From positions 1,088,001-1,152,000 of the forward strand of contig CAUVXB020000002.1 in assembly GCA_963555825.3 (NCBI GenBank): a stretch of 64,000 nucleotides of DNA, read 5' to 3'. Below the pieces are notes generated by a model. It was not told the DNA's origin. It made no database searches and saw nothing but the letters and a program-made list of their open reading frames with translations. This document shows, piece after piece, positions 41,670-52,531 of the stretch; within the stretch, counting starts at the first letter, position 1; each line of letters starts with the position of its first letter. Position numbers and translations under genes: made by a program. The stretch is from Alphaproteobacteria bacterium (GTDB taxonomy: Bacteria; Pseudomonadota; Alphaproteobacteria; JAAXGF01).

Positions 41670-41757
41670 GGTTGTGCCCTTGCGGTTTGCGACCAAAACC
41701 AGGGCGTACGGGAAACGAGGGCCGGCGGTGCAAGCGGCACGGCGCGACCGGCAGCAT

Positions 41758-41906
41758 CCCGTTCTCTTCCGTCCGGACTATGACCGTCGGCTTCGGAATC
41801 ACACCGAATCTGCTGACCCCGCCGATTGCATCGGTGGGCGCTCGCGGGCTGATGCATCGTAATGCAAATACCGCCGGTGGGGACTTCCACCCCGCCCCGA
41901 GAACGT
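41758..41906 (-). ncRNA. FMN riboswitch (RFN element)
   Basis: CTCGGGGCGGGGTGGAAGTCCCCACCGGCGGT..AGCCCGCGAGCG..GTCAGCAGATTCGGTGTGATTCCGAAGCCGACGGTCATAGTCCGGACGGAAGAG upstream of ribH. Confidence 0.97.
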
Positions 41907-41984
41907 TCGCCGTTCCAGGCCCGATGGGCGCGAAACGACAGGCGACAGTATAGGCCGCAACGCCCGCCGTGCGAGGGTTTTGTT

Positions 41985-42878
41985 TCAGCGCCCGGCGATC
42001 CAAATGCCGGCGAGGATGGCGACGGCGGACCCCGCCAGCGGCCACGTCAGGGGCTCGGCGAGGATGACGACGGCGAGCGCGAGGCTGACGATCGGCATGG
42101 CGAACTGCCAGGTGCCGACGCGGCCGATGCCGCCGGCGCCGAGCGCCCAATACCAGGTGACGTAGGCCAGGAGCGACGAGATGAAGGTGAGATAGCCGAT
42201 GGCGACGACGCCGGACGCACCGACCGCCGACCACTCGACACCGGCCGCCGCGAAGGGCAGCGCGGGCAGCAGCGCGACGCCGCCGATCGCGATGCCCCAG
42301 AGCGTCGTCGGCCAGGTGCCGAGGCTGCGCGACAGCCGGCCGCCGGTGACGTAGCCGACCGAGGCGGCGATGCAGGAGGCGACGATCAGGAGATCGCCAA
42401 ACAGCACGTCCTCGACCGTCTCGAAGCCGAAGCGGAAGCCGATCAGCAGCGCCTCGCCGATCAATGCGATGGCCGCGCCGAGCCACCAGCGGGCACGCGG
42501 TGCCGTGCGCTCGAAAAGCGCCGCGATGAGCCCGGTGAACACCGCCAGCGACGCCAGGATCAGCGCCGCATGCGACGCCGAGGTGTCGCGCAGTCCGAGT
42601 GAGAACAGCACGGGGAAGAGCACGAAGCCGCCGAGCGCCGAGGTCACCAGCAGGGCCCAGCCACCGCGCGTCGCGGGCAGCGCCAAACGCAGCGCGAGCG
42701 CCAGGGGTAGGGCGATCAACGCGGTCAACACCGTGCGCAGTAGGCCGACGACCAGCGCGTCGACCTCGACGACCGCGATCTTGGTGGCGATCGGCGTGCC
42801 TGCCCAGGCGACGATGGTGAAGGCCGCGGCGGCGAAGACGGCGGCGCGGGCGGCGCCCTTGGGCGGTGGCGGCGTCAG
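41985..42878 (-). CDS. DMT/EamA-family transporter
   Basis: About 10 TM helices in two EamA halves; start uncertain (CTG overlapping the purE stop). Confidence 0.85.
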   Translation of the reverse strand: MTPPPPKGAARAAVFAAAAFTIVAWAGTPIATKIAVVEVDALVVGLLRTVLTALIALPLALALRLALPATRGGWALLVTSALGGFVLFPVLFSLGLRDTSASHAALILASLAVFTGLIAALFERTAPRARWWLGAAIALIGEALLIGFRFGFETVEDVLFGDLLIVASCIAASVGYVTGGRLSRSLGTWPTTLWGIAIGGVALLPALPFAAAGVEWSAVGASGVVAIGYLTFISSLLAYVTWYWALGAGGIGRVGTWQFAMPIVSLALAVVILAEPLTWPLAGSAVAILAGIWIAGR

Positions 42879-43375
42879 CTCGGGTCGGTCGGGGTTTCGG
42901 GCACCGCGGCGGTCTGCGCGGCGCGCCGGCGGTCGACCGCGGCGGCGGCGTCCGCGTCGCCGATGCCGACGATGGCGGTGGCCAAGAGCGCGGCGTTGAT
43001 CGCGCCCGGCTTGCCGATCGCGAGCGTGCCGACCGGGATGCCGGCCGGCATCTGCACCATCGAGAGGAGCGCATCGAGGCCCTGCAGCGCCCAGCCGGTC
43101 ATCGGCACGCCGAGCACCGGCAGCGGCGTCAGCCCGGCGATCGCGCCGGGCAGCGCGGCGGCGCCGCCGGCGGCGGCGATGATGACCTTGACGCCGCGTT
43201 CGCGCAGGTCCGCGCAATAGGCGGTCATGCGGTCGGGTGTGCGGTGCGCCGAGATGATGCGCACCTCGTGCGCAATGCCGAGCTCGGCGAGGGTGTCGGC
43301 GCAGTGGCGCATGGTCTCCCAGTCGGATTGGGAACCCATGACGATGCCGACGGCGGGATTGGTATCACTGGTCAC
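42875..43375 (-). CDS. purE: N5-CAIR mutase
   Basis: [21 protein letters not shown]. Confidence 0.96.
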   Translation of the reverse strand: MTSDTNPAVGIVMGSQSDWETMRHCADTLAELGIAHEVRIISAHRTPDRMTAYCADLRERGVKVIIAAAGGAAALPGAIAGLTPLPVLGVPMTGWALQGLDALLSMVQMPAGIPVGTLAIGKPGAINAALLATAIVGIGDADAAAAVDRRRAAQTAAVPETPTDPS

Positions 43376-43458
43376 GATCTGCTCGCTGGCGAAGTTGCGG
43401 GACGCGCGGCGCGCATAGTAGGGCGGCGCGCCGACCCGGTCCAGAGATCGTCGGCGGT

Positions 43459-43659
43459 CTAAGCGATGATGTCGGGGATGATCGCGTTCTCGAGCACCGC
43501 GATCTCGTCCTTGAGCTGGAGCTTGCGCTTCTTGAGCCGCTGCACGTCGATCTGGTCGAACTCGGGGCTGGTCGCGAGTTCGGCGATTTGCCCATCGAGC
43601 TGGCGGTGCTCCTCGCGCAGCTCGGCCAATCGGTCTTCTGTCGTGCCCTCGTCTGCCAT
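43459..43659 (-). CDS. YdcH/DUF465 family protein
   Basis: [19 protein letters not shown]. Confidence 0.85.
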   Translation of the reverse strand: MADEGTTEDRLAELREEHRQLDGQIAELATSPEFDQIDVQRLKKRKLQLKDEIAVLENAIIPDIIA

Positions 43660-43754
43660 GCCGTCCAAATTCCCCTTTTGGTCGCACCGACAGTCTATCA
43701 AATTCCGTCCCAAAGGGGTAGTCGTAGGCAACCAACCGACGAAGGGGGGCGGCG

Positions 43755-44339
43755 ATGGCATCGGACGGCGACGACGGCTTTGCGGCGAGCGAGTTCTGGG
43801 ACTTCACGATCGCGCATTACGGTCGCGCGGGCCTGTCGCCCGCCGTCATCGCCCTGCAGGACCGGTTGGGCGTCGACGTCAACATGCTGCTGCTCTGCTG
43901 CTGGGCCGGATCGAGCGGGCGCGGCGCACTGGGGGCGGACGACATCGTGAGCGCGCTCGCCGTCGCGCGGCCCTGGCAGTCCGAGGTGGTCGAGCCGCTG
44001 CGGGCCGCGCGACGCCACCTCAAGCCGCCGCCCGCCGCGGCGCCCGATGGGCCTGCCGAGGCATTGCGCCGGCGCATCCTCGGCTGCGAGATCGACGGCG
44101 AGCACGTCGCCCAGCTGATGATGGAAGCGACCGTCACACGGGCACCCGACGCCGGCCGCGCGGCCGGCGACCGTCTGACCGACACGGCGGCCGGTCTCGG
44201 CTATTATCTAACGGCACTCGGCGTCGCCGTTGGCGACGCGGACCGGGCCGACCTCGCGACCCTGCTCGGCGCCGTCTTCGAGGATGCCGGGGCGGATGCG
44301 GTGACGGCGGCAGCGGCGGCGGCTAGTCTTTGCGGCTGA
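43755..44339 (+). CDS. TIGR02444-family protein
   Basis: [29 protein letters not shown]. Confidence 0.85.
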   Translation: MASDGDDGFAASEFWDFTIAHYGRAGLSPAVIALQDRLGVDVNMLLLCCWAGSSGRGALGADDIVSALAVARPWQSEVVEPLRAARRHLKPPPAAAPDGPAEALRRRILGCEIDGEHVAQLMMEATVTRAPDAGRAAGDRLTDTAAGLGYYLTALGVAVGDADRADLATLLGAVFEDAGADAVTAAAAAASLCG

Positions 44340-44931
44340 CCGCGCGGCGCTTGGCGGCGGGCACCGCCTCGCCCCAGCGCCGGACGACGCCGGCGTCGAT
44401 GTCGAACAGGTCGAGCGCGCGGCCCACCGTGTGGTCGACGATGTCGTCGACCGAGCGCGGCATCGAATAGAACGCCGGCACTGGCGGCGCGATGATCGCG
44501 CCGAGCTCGGCGAGCGCCGCCATGTTGCGCAAATGCCCCGCGTGCAGCGGGCTCTCGCGCACCATCAGCACCAGGCGGCGGCGTTCTTTCAGCATGACGT
44601 CGGCGGCGCGTGTCAACAGGCTGGTGGTCACGCCGGTGGCGATCTCCGACATCGAGCGGATCGAACACGGCGCGACGATCATGCCGAGCGTGGTGAACGA
44701 GCCACTCGCCGGCGCCGCGCCCAGATCGCCCGGCGCGTAAGCCGCGTCGGCCAGCGCGCGCACGGCGGCCGGTTTGTAGTCGGTCTCGTAGGCGAGCGTC
44801 AACTCGGCGGTCTTGCTCATCACCAGATGCGCCTCGATATCGAGCGGACGCAACAGCTCGAGCAAGCGCACGCCGTGGATCACGCCCGAGGCGCCGCTGA
44901 TGCCGATTATCAGTCGACTTGGTGTGGCCAT
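44323..44931 (-). CDS. ubiX: Flavin prenyltransferase
   Basis: GISGASG, ASGSF, RAADVMLKE, RESP. Confidence 0.95.
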   Translation of the reverse strand: MATPSRLIIGISGASGVIHGVRLLELLRPLDIEAHLVMSKTAELTLAYETDYKPAAVRALADAAYAPGDLGAAPASGSFTTLGMIVAPCSIRSMSEIATGVTTSLLTRAADVMLKERRRLVLMVRESPLHAGHLRNMAALAELGAIIAPPVPAFYSMPRSVDDIVDHTVGRALDLFDIDAGVVRRWGEAVPAAKRRAVSRKD

Positions 44932-45084
44932 CGTGTCATCACCGTGTCATACTGCGAATGCGTATCCGGGCACGCGATTTTTGCCGTCGTCGCATCGGAG
45001 AGCGACGCGACTACTCGGTATAGAATTGTTTTGGGAGCCGGTGACAACAGATTTTTCTCTCTCGCGAATGTAAGGAAGGGAAAC

Positions 45085-45252
45085 ATGGAACTCGAAGCTC
45101 GTGTCTCAGCGCTGACCAGCAAGCACACCGAACTTGAGCACGCCATCGAAGAAGAAACACAACATCCCCTGCCGGACAGCCTGCGAATCTCCGAGTGGAA
45201 ACGCGAAAAACTCCGAATAAAAGACGAAATATACCGACTTCAACACGCCTGA
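45085..45252 (+). CDS. YdcH/DUF465 family small protein
   Basis: AAGGAAGG RBS; KHTELE..KREKLRIKDEI. Confidence 0.85.
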   Translation: MELEARVSALTSKHTELEHAIEEETQHPLPDSLRISEWKREKLRIKDEIYRLQHA

Positions 45253-45486
45253 CGCCACCGCCGGGCGGCCCGCCGCCCGCGACATTGCCAACGGCCCGAT
45301 CAGGGCGTTCACCCGACATTCGATTTGTCGTAAGGTTCTGGCTATGGCCGCCGCCCGCTGCCATGCCGATAGCGGACCTCGGCTCGCGACGTGGCCGATG
45401 CCCGATTCTAGATCGATATCCGACGGCAAGGACCGGCGCGTAACCCAATCGACTCACATAGTAGACAGGCTGACGAACGGCACTTA

Positions 45487-46665
45487 GTGTCCTGATCGAT
45501 AAATTGATATGATTATGTCTCTATTTGTTTTTAGGAGGCGCGATTGATGGCGAGAGTGGCGGTGACGATCTCTTTGAGCGATGACGAGCGCGCCGAATTG
45601 GAGGCGCTGTCTCGTCGTCGCAAGACGTCGCAGGGGCTTGCGCGGCGGGCTCGGATCGTCTTGGCGGCGGCGGAAGGGTTGGAGAACAAGGAGATCGCCG
45701 TTCGTCTCGAGGCGAGCGCGGACACCGTGGGCAAGTGGCGTCGCCGCTATGCGGCGGAGGGCCTCGACGGTCTGTACGACGAACCCCGCCCCGGCGCGCC
45801 GCGTCAAATCGGCGATGACGCCATCGCGGAAGCGGTCCGGCTGACGCTGGAAGAGACGCCGCCGGACGCGACCCATTGGAGCCTTCGCTCGATGGCGCGG
45901 GCGAGCGGCCACGCGCCCTCGACCATTCATCGCATCTGGCGGGCCTTCGGCTTGCAGCCGCATCGCTCGGAGACCTTCAAGCTGTCGAGCGATCCCTTCT
46001 TCGTGGAGAAGGTCCGCGACATCGTCGGTCTGTATTTGGCGCCGCCGGATCGTGCCCTGGTTCTCTGTGTCGACGAAAAGAGCCAGATCCAGGCCCTGGA
46101 CCGTTCCCAGCCCCTCTTGCCGATGCGCCCCGGGCAGGCGGAGCGGCGCAGCCACGACTACAAGCGCCACGGCACGACCTCTCTCTTCGCGGCCCTCGAC
46201 ATCGCCACGGGAGAGATCATCGGCAAATGTTTCCCGCGCCATCGGGCCCGAGAGTTCCGCAAATTCCTCGACCTCGTCGAGGCGAACGTCCCTGCTGATC
46301 TCGACATCCACATCGTCATGGACAACTACGGGACCCACAAGACCAAGGCGATCCGCGACTGGTTCGCCAAACGGCCGCGCTGGCAGGCCCATTTCACACC
46401 CACCAGCGCCTCCTGGCTGAACCAGGTCGAGCGCTGGTTCGGGCTGCTGACCGACAAGCAGATCAGGCGCGGCGTCCATCGCTCCACCAAGGAGTTGGAG
46501 CGCACCATCCTCGACTACATCGACACGACAAACCAGAACCCCAAACCCTTCAAATGGACCAAATCCGCCGATGACATCCTCGGCGCCATCCAGCGCTTCT
46601 GCCTCCGAACAATCGAAATCGCTGAACAGCAGGCGAAAATCATGCGAACTTCGGAATCGGGACAC
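45487..46665 (+). mobile_element. IS630-family element (single-ORF type), copy 2, intact
   Basis: GTGTCC...GGACAC ends with TA duplication. Confidence 0.93.
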
Positions 46666-46668
46666 TAG
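45544..46668 (+). CDS. IS630 transposase
   Basis: [27 protein letters not shown]. Confidence 0.95.
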   Translation: MMARVAVTISLSDDERAELEALSRRRKTSQGLARRARIVLAAAEGLENKEIAVRLEASADTVGKWRRRYAAEGLDGLYDEPRPGAPRQIGDDAIAEAVRLTLEETPPDATHWSLRSMARASGHAPSTIHRIWRAFGLQPHRSETFKLSSDPFFVEKVRDIVGLYLAPPDRALVLCVDEKSQIQALDRSQPLLPMRPGQAERRSHDYKRHGTTSLFAALDIATGEIIGKCFPRHRAREFRKFLDLVEANVPADLDIHIVMDNYGTHKTKAIRDWFAKRPRWQAHFTPTSASWLNQVERWFGLLTDKQIRRGVHRSTKELERTILDYIDTTNQNPKPFKWTKSADDILGAIQRFCLRTIEIAEQQAKIMRTSESGH

Positions 46669-46701
46669 TGTCGAACAAAGCAGGCAGTGAAGGTAGGTAG
46701 A

Positions 46702-47283
46702 ATGTCGGCGGAGACCGCAACACCAGCCAATACGCGTCGGTTGGGCGTGCGGGGACGCCTGTTCCTGGCGTTCCTTGCGATAACGTCGTTCGTGGTCCTG
46801 GCCGCGGTCGCCGCCGTCATCTCGTTCGTCAAGATTGGCGATTCCCTCGATACGATCACCAAAGAGCGCGTGCCGGTCGCGTTGATCGCGCAGGAACTCT
46901 CCCGCGAGGCCGAGAGGATCCTGGCGGTCGGGCCGTCCATGCTGAGCTCGACGACGCTCGACGAGCAGAACGCGTTGTCCGACGAGATGTACGCGATCAG
47001 CGAGCGTCTCACCAATCTCCTGGGTGACCTGGAAGGCACCGACGTCGACGCCGATACGATCGCCACGATTAAAAATCTGGTCGAGTTGATGAGCTTCAAC
47101 GTCATCACCCTCGATGGCATCTTCTTTAACAATATCGACTATCTCGAGCGCAAGCAGCTGATGTTGCGCAAGCTTTCCGAGACCTATGACGCGACCCAAA
47201 ATTTGCTCGCATCGAAGGCCAATTATGCCAACGCCCAGATTTCAATCCTGCAGGGAAAGCTCAACAATCCCGGCATCTCGGAT
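46702..47283 (+). pseudogene. N-terminal fragment of a membrane sensor protein (TorS/MCP-like periplasmic domain), truncated by an IS
   Basis: LGVRGRLFLAF plus a TM helix and helical domain; ends exactly at the IS boundary. Confidence 0.7.
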
Positions 47284-47328
47284 TGAGTCGGACCCGATTT
47301 CCTTGGACACAGAATTGGCTTAATCGAA

Positions 47329-47760
47329 GTGTCCAAGGAGGACCGGAACATGACCGACAATTTTGAGAACAAAGTTGCTGTTGATGGGCCTGTGGTAAAC
47401 GAGGGCGAGCTTGGCTCGTCCACGTTTTCCCCGGGCCAGGTTTCGCCGGCAGGCCCGCTGGGACTTGGCCAGCGGTGGACGGTGACGCGCAAGCGTGAGG
47501 TTGCCCTGCGGCTTTTGCGTGGCGAGCCGGTGGAACTTTTGTCGCGGCAGTTGGGCGTGGAGATTTTCCGGCTCGAGCAGTGGCGTGAGAAGGCGATCGC
47601 CGGGATCGATGCCTCGCTCAAGGAACGCAAGGGCGATCCGGTGAAGGCGGAACTGGACATCGCCATGAAGCGGATCGGGGAGTTGATCATGCAGGTGGAA
47701 CTGCTGGAGGCCAAGACGGAGACGTCCGGCCCTTTGGGGCGGCGGAGGTCGCGGCGATGA
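47329..47760 (+). CDS. IS orfA (HTH protein)
   Basis: RKREVALRLLRGE..LSRQLGV; ATGA overlap with orfB. Confidence 0.8.
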   Translation: MSKEDRNMTDNFENKVAVDGPVVNEGELGSSTFSPGQVSPAGPLGLGQRWTVTRKREVALRLLRGEPVELLSRQLGVEIFRLEQWREKAIAGIDASLKERKGDPVKAELDIAMKRIGELIMQVELLEAKTETSGPLGRRRSRR

Positions 47761-48668
47761 GTGCCGCCACCTCTCCCGGCACGGGTTTGGCCTACGGCCT
47801 CCAGCGGGTCTGTGCGGCCTGGGGTTTTGCCCGTTCCTCGTTCTACGCCATGAAATCCCGGCAGCAGGCCACCGCTGAGCGCCCACCAGCAAAGCGCCGG
47901 GGACCGAAGCCCTCGATCTCGGACGAGGCTCTGCTGGTGGCCATCGAGGCCGACCTGGAGGCATCCCCCTGGGAGGGCGAGGGACACCGCAAGGTCTGGG
48001 CTCGGCTTCGGGTCTGTCGTGGCATCCGTGTTTCCCGCAAGCGGGGGCTCCGGGTGATGCGCGAGAACAACCTGCTCTCGCCCCATCGCTGCCGCCGCCG
48101 TGGCGGAAATCCCCATGTCGGTGAGATCATCACCCATGCCCCCAACCTCATGTGGGGCACGGACGGCGTTCGGGTGTTCACGGTGGACGACGGCTGGGGC
48201 TGGATATTCACCGCCATCGAGCATTGGAACGCCGAGTGCGTCGGCTGGCATGTGTGCAAGCGAGGCGACCGCTTCGCCGCCCTTCAGCCGATCTCCATGG
48301 GGCTTGCGAGGCTGTATGCCTCGACCTCCGCCGGTGCGGCGCGGGGGCTGGCCTTGCGGATGGATCACGGCTCCCAGTATCTGTCGGACCACTTCACCAA
48401 CCAGATCAAGTTCTGGGGCATCCAGCCGTCCTACGCCTTCGTCGAACAGCCCCAGACCAACGGCGTCGCCGAGAGGTTCAATCGCACGCTCAAGGAACAG
48501 ATCATCCATGGCCGCATCTACCGCAACATCGCGGAGCTGCGGAACGCCGTCCGCGGGTTCGTCGAACAGTACAATGCCCAGTGGATCGTGGAGAAGAACG
48601 GCTACCTGAGCCCCGCTCAAGCTCGTCAGGCGTGGCACACCGCGATGTCACTCAGGCCCGCCGCATGA
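47757..48668 (+). CDS. IS orfB (integrase-core DDE transposase)
   Basis: WGTD, DHGSQY, NGVAERFNRTLKE. Confidence 0.92.
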   Translation: MSAATSPGTGLAYGLQRVCAAWGFARSSFYAMKSRQQATAERPPAKRRGPKPSISDEALLVAIEADLEASPWEGEGHRKVWARLRVCRGIRVSRKRGLRVMRENNLLSPHRCRRRGGNPHVGEIITHAPNLMWGTDGVRVFTVDDGWGWIFTAIEHWNAECVGWHVCKRGDRFAALQPISMGLARLYASTSAGAARGLALRMDHGSQYLSDHFTNQIKFWGIQPSYAFVEQPQTNGVAERFNRTLKEQIIHGRIYRNIAELRNAVRGFVEQYNAQWIVEKNGYLSPAQARQAWHTAMSLRPAA

Positions 48669-48703
48669 GACAAACTTGTGTCCAAGGAACCGGGTGCGAT
48701 ACA

Positions 48704-48769
48704 CTTCGGCAACGCCAGAAGCTCGTCCTCGACGATTTCGTCTAGTGGCTCGACTGTCCACGAGGTCAT
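48704..48769 (-). pseudogene. 5' fragment of a probable RelE/ParE (Gp49-like) toxin gene cut by the IS
   Basis: MTSWTVEPLDEIVEDELLALPK resembles the N-terminus of this family; only 22 codons remain. Confidence 0.5.
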
Positions 48770-49475
48770 CGGAACTATACGATCTCATTTGGTATCGAAT
48801 GCGTTGATAGAATTCGTACGCCTATTCGATTGGCGGCGCTCAGTGAGCTTCACCAGTTTTCTTCGCAATTCGTCGACGGATCGTGTTTACGGAATCATCA
48901 ATTCCCAACTGTTGTCGAACAATCTCGGCGACAGACATTTTTGACAACTGCGAATTGCGTTCCCAAATTTGATTAGCGACTTGCTGCCAGTTCTCCCAGA
49001 ATTTCGCGCGACAAGATTTTCGCAGTTTGTTGTGGGTTTGCGCAGCTTCGCGTAGACACCGAGCGTTGTTTCTACCGCGAATCACGTCGGGTTCGAGGGA
49101 GTCAATCACCAGTGCTTTGGTGACATGGTCCTGCAAAGAGATTGCGGCATACGCGGCAGCGCTTGCATCGTTCTTTGAGATGTAGTGGCGGACAGAATCA
49201 CACCATTTGAGAATTTGCGCTGCGCGCCATTCCAGTGTTAGCGGTTTGTGGCGCACGAATTGTGTCACCAACGAAATTTGAACTGTTTCTCCCGACGACA
49301 GTTCAGATATGCGATCAAACTTCGCTCGCAATTCATCGGTGAACTCTTGCCAGGTTCCATCTTCATGAACCAAGAAGGGCCCCATATGATCGGGTAAACC
49401 AGCGTCCCTCAATATCTGTGATGCAGCTTCCTCATATCGATGTATCGCACCCGGTTCCTTGGACACAAGTTTGTC

Positions 49476-50387
49476 TCATGCGGCGGGCCTGAGTGACATC
49501 GCGGTGTGCCACGCCTGACGAGCTTGAGCGGGGCTCAGGTAGCCGTTCTTCTCCACGATCCACTGGGCATTGTACTGTTCGACGAACCCGCGGACGGCGT
49601 TCCGCAGCTCCGCGATGTTGCGGTAGATGCGGCCATGGATGATCTGTTCCTTGAGCGTGCGATTGAACCTCTCGGCGACGCCGTTGGTCTGGGGCTGTTC
49701 GACGAAGGCGTAGGACGGCTGGATGCCCCAGAACTTGATCTGGTTGGTGAAGTGGTCCGACAGATACTGGGAGCCGTGATCCATCCGCAAGGCCAGCCCC
49801 CGCGCCGCACCGGCGGAGGTCGAGGCATACAGCCTCGCAAGCCCCATGGAGATCGGCTGAAGGGCGGCGAAGCGGTCGCCTCGCTTGCACACATGCCAGC
49901 CGACGCACTCGGCGTTCCAATGCTCGATGGCGGTGAATATCCAGCCCCAGCCGTCGTCCACCGTGAACACCCGAACGCCGTCCGTGCCCCACATGAGGTT
50001 GGGGGCATGGGTGATGATCTCACCGACATGGGGATTTCCGCCACGGCGGCGGCAGCGATGGGGCGAGAGCAGGTTGTTCTCGCGCATCACCCGGAGCCCC
50101 CGCTTGCGGGAAACACGGATGCCACGACAGACCCGAAGCCGAGCCCAGACCTTGCGGTGTCCCTCGCCCTCCCAGGGGGATGCCTCCAGGTCGGCCTCGA
50201 TGGCCACCAGCAGAGCCTCGTCCGAGATCGAGGGCTTCGGTCCCCGGCGCTTTGCTGGTGGGCGCTCAGCGGTGGCCTGCTGCCGGGATTTCATGGCGTA
50301 GAACGAGGAACGGGCAAAACCCCAGGCCGCACAGACCCGCTGGAGGCCGTAGGCCAAACCCGTGCCGGGAGAGGTGGCGGCACTCAT
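49476..50387 (-). CDS. IS orfB transposase
   Basis: Identical to 47757-48668. Confidence 0.92.
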   Translation of the reverse strand: MSAATSPGTGLAYGLQRVCAAWGFARSSFYAMKSRQQATAERPPAKRRGPKPSISDEALLVAIEADLEASPWEGEGHRKVWARLRVCRGIRVSRKRGLRVMRENNLLSPHRCRRRGGNPHVGEIITHAPNLMWGTDGVRVFTVDDGWGWIFTAIEHWNAECVGWHVCKRGDRFAALQPISMGLARLYASTSAGAARGLALRMDHGSQYLSDHFTNQIKFWGIQPSYAFVEQPQTNGVAERFNRTLKEQIIHGRIYRNIAELRNAVRGFVEQYNAQWIVEKNGYLSPAQARQAWHTAMSLRPAA

Positions 50388-50815
50388 CGCCGCGACCTCC
50401 GCCGCCCCAAAGGGCCGGACGTCTCCGTCTTGGCCTCCAGCAGTTCCACCTGCATGATCAACTCCCCGATCCGCTTCATGGCGATGTCCAGTTCCGCCTT
50501 CACCGGATCGCCCTTGCGTTCCTTGAGCGAGGCATCGATCCCGGCGATCGCCTTCTCACGCCACTGCTCGAGCCGGAAAATCTCCACGCCCAACTGCCGC
50601 GACAAAAGTTCCACCGGCTCGCCACGCAAAAGCCGCAGGGCAACCTCACGCTTGCGCGTCACCGTCCACCGCTGGCCAAGTCCCAGCGGGCCTGCCGGCG
50701 AAACCTGGCCCGGGGAAAACGTGGACGAGCCAAGCTCGCCCTCGTTTACCACAGGCCCATCAACAGCAACTTTGTTCTCAAAATTGTCGGTCATGTTCCG
50801 GTCCTCCTTGGACAC
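50384..50815 (-). CDS. IS orfA
   Basis: Identical to 47329-47760. Confidence 0.8.
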   Translation of the reverse strand: MSKEDRNMTDNFENKVAVDGPVVNEGELGSSTFSPGQVSPAGPLGLGQRWTVTRKREVALRLLRGEPVELLSRQLGVEIFRLEQWREKAIAGIDASLKERKGDPVKAELDIAMKRIGELIMQVELLEAKTETSGPLGRRRSRR

Positions 50816-51049
50816 TTCGATTAAGCCAATTCTGTGTCCAAGGAAATCGGGTCCGACTCACTTCCTCATATCGATTTAGAATTGCGTTCAATGAATTGCT
50901 GTCGGCAATTCGTCCCAGCTCGTCCTTCTCATCTTGAGTTAAGGGAAACTCAAAGCTGGTCGTCTTGTAGAGCTGGATGCCTCGGCGAATCGTGGATGTG
51001 TGAATGGACATTTCAGTATTCCCAATGGAGTTACAATTTCTTGCTGTGA

Positions 51050-51340
51050 TTACCCAGTGGGCGCCTCGACCAGCTTGACAAGCGGGCGCGTGCCCGTCGC
51101 AGCGGCATAGCGGTGCAGCGTCTTCAGGCTGGGCAGTTGCCGGCCGCTTTCCATGCGTGCCACGGCCGACTGCGTCGTCCCCATGCGCTTCGCCAGTTCG
51201 GCTTGCGTCAACCCAGCCCGCGTGCGCGCCGCAATGAGTTCACGCGCCAACTCAAACTCCCCGGACATCGCGTCATAGGCTTCGCGCACTTCGCGGTCTG
51301 AAAGCATCCGCTTCTTCAGCGTGCTCATGCGTGCGCTCAT
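51050..51340 (-). CDS. XRE-family HTH protein (HigA-like antitoxin)
   Basis: ARTRAGLTQAELAKRMGTTQSAVARMESG. Confidence 0.88.
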   Translation of the reverse strand: MSARMSTLKKRMLSDREVREAYDAMSGEFELARELIAARTRAGLTQAELAKRMGTTQSAVARMESGRQLPSLKTLHRYAAATGTRPLVKLVEAPTG

Positions 51341-51373
51341 GGGTTCAACTCCAAAAATTGCCGCGTAACCTGG

Positions 51374-51395
51374 AATATAGCATTTTTGCTATATT
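51374..51395. promoter_or_regulatory. Palindromic operator upstream of the HTH gene
   Basis: AATATAGCA-TTTT-TGCTATATT perfect 9-bp inverted repeat. Confidence 0.65.
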
Positions 51396-51433
51396 TTTGA
51401 AGACAAATATTCGGCGGCTCTACAAATGTCGCG

Positions 51434-52531
51434 CTAGACGTTGAAGCGGAAGTGGATGACGTCGCCGTCCCTGACCCGGTAGCCACGGCCCTCGAGGCGC
51501 ATCCTACCGGCGTCCTTGGCGCCCTGCTCGCCGCCCAACCCGACATAATCGGCGTGGTCGATGATCTCGGCGCGGATGAAGCCGCGCGCGAAATCGGTGT
51601 GGATGACGCCCGCCGCCTCGGGCGCCGGCGCGCCCTTGCGCACGGTCCAGGCGCGGGCCTGCTTCGGCCCATTGGTGAAGAAGGTGATCAGGTCCAGGAG
51701 TTGGTAGCCGGCGTGGATGACCCGGTCAAGCCCGCGCTCTTCGAGGCCGAGCATGGCGAGGTAGGCGTCGCGCGCCTCGGCGTCGTCCATGTGCGAGAGC
51801 TGCGCCTCGATCTCGGCGGCGACGACCACCGCGACGGCGCCTTGCGTCCCGGCGCGTTCGGCGACCGCCGCCGAGTGAGCGTTGCCGGCGGCGGCCGCGT
51901 CCTCGTCGACGTTGCAGACGTACATGACCGGCTTGGCGGTCAGCAGATGGAGCCGCTTGAACGCCTTCGCCTCGCCCTGCGGGATCGCGGCGCGCGCCGG
52001 CCGGCCGTCGTTGAGCGCGGCCAGCGCGGGCTCGACCAGCGCGAGCTTTGCCTTAGCCTCCTTGTCGCCGCCGCGCGCCTGCTTGGTCAGCGGCTCGACG
52101 CGGCGCTCGAGGCTCTCCAGGTCGGCGAGCATCAGCTCGGTCTCGACGATCTCGATGTCGCGCAGCGGGTCGACGCCGCCCTCGACATGGGCGACGCCGC
52201 CGGCCTCGAAGCAGCGCACGACATGGACGATCGCGTCGACCTCGCGGATATGCTGCAGGAACTTGTTGCCCAGCCCCTCGCCGGCGCTCGCGCCGCGCAC
52301 CAGCCCGGCGATGTCGGCGAACTCGATCTGGGTCGGGATGACGCGCGCCGGCCTGGTGACCGCGGCGAGCGTGGTGAGCCGCGCATCGGGCACCGGGACG
52401 CGCGCGACGTTGGGCTCGATGGTGCAGAACGGATAATTCTCGGCCGCCGCCCGAGCGGTCGAGCAGAGTGCGTTGAAAAGCGTCGACTTGCCGACATTGG
52501 GCAGGCCGACGATGCCGCAGCTAAACCCCAT
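51434..52531 (-). CDS. ychF: Ribosome-binding ATPase YchF
   Basis: [25 protein letters not shown]. Confidence 0.97.
   Translation of the reverse strand: MGFSCGIVGLPNVGKSTLFNALCSTARAAAENYPFCTIEPNVARVPVPDARLTTLAAVTRPARVIPTQIEFADIAGLVRGASAGEGLGNKFLQHIREVDAIVHVVRCFEAGGVAHVEGGVDPLRDIEIVETELMLADLESLERRVEPLTKQARGGDKEAKAKLALVEPALAALNDGRPARAAIPQGEAKAFKRLHLLTAKPVMYVCNVDEDAAAAGNAHSAAVAERAGTQGAVAVVVAAEIEAQLSHMDDAEARDAYLAMLGLEERGLDRVIHAGYQLLDLITFFTNGPKQARAWTVRKGAPAPEAAGVIHTDFARGFIRAEIIDHADYVGLGGEQGAKDAGRMRLEGRGYRVRDGDVIHFRFNV

Larger units (their letters stand above)
47284..48703 (+). mobile_element. IS3-like two-ORF DDE element, copy 1 (no TSD)
   Basis: Ends TGAGTCGGACCCGATTTCCTTGGACAC / TGTATCGCACCCGGTTCCTTGGACAC; 1420 bp. 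Confidence 0.9.
49441..50860 (-). mobile_element. IS3-like element, copy 2, with a 14-bp target duplication
   Basis: CTTCCTCATATCGA at 49427-49440 and 50861-50874; ORF translations identical to copy 1. Confidence 0.93.
48840..51011 (-). pseudogene. Low-GC hypothetical protein with a C-terminal HTH-like segment, split by IS copy 2
   Basis: ..NAILN-RYEE and RYEE-AASQ.. join in frame across the 14-bp TSD. Confidence 0.8.

Noticed and set aside
47284-50860. Composite transposon formed by two inverted IS copies
   Set aside because: Copy 2 has its own TSD splitting a gene that continues outside, and the outer flanks share no duplication.
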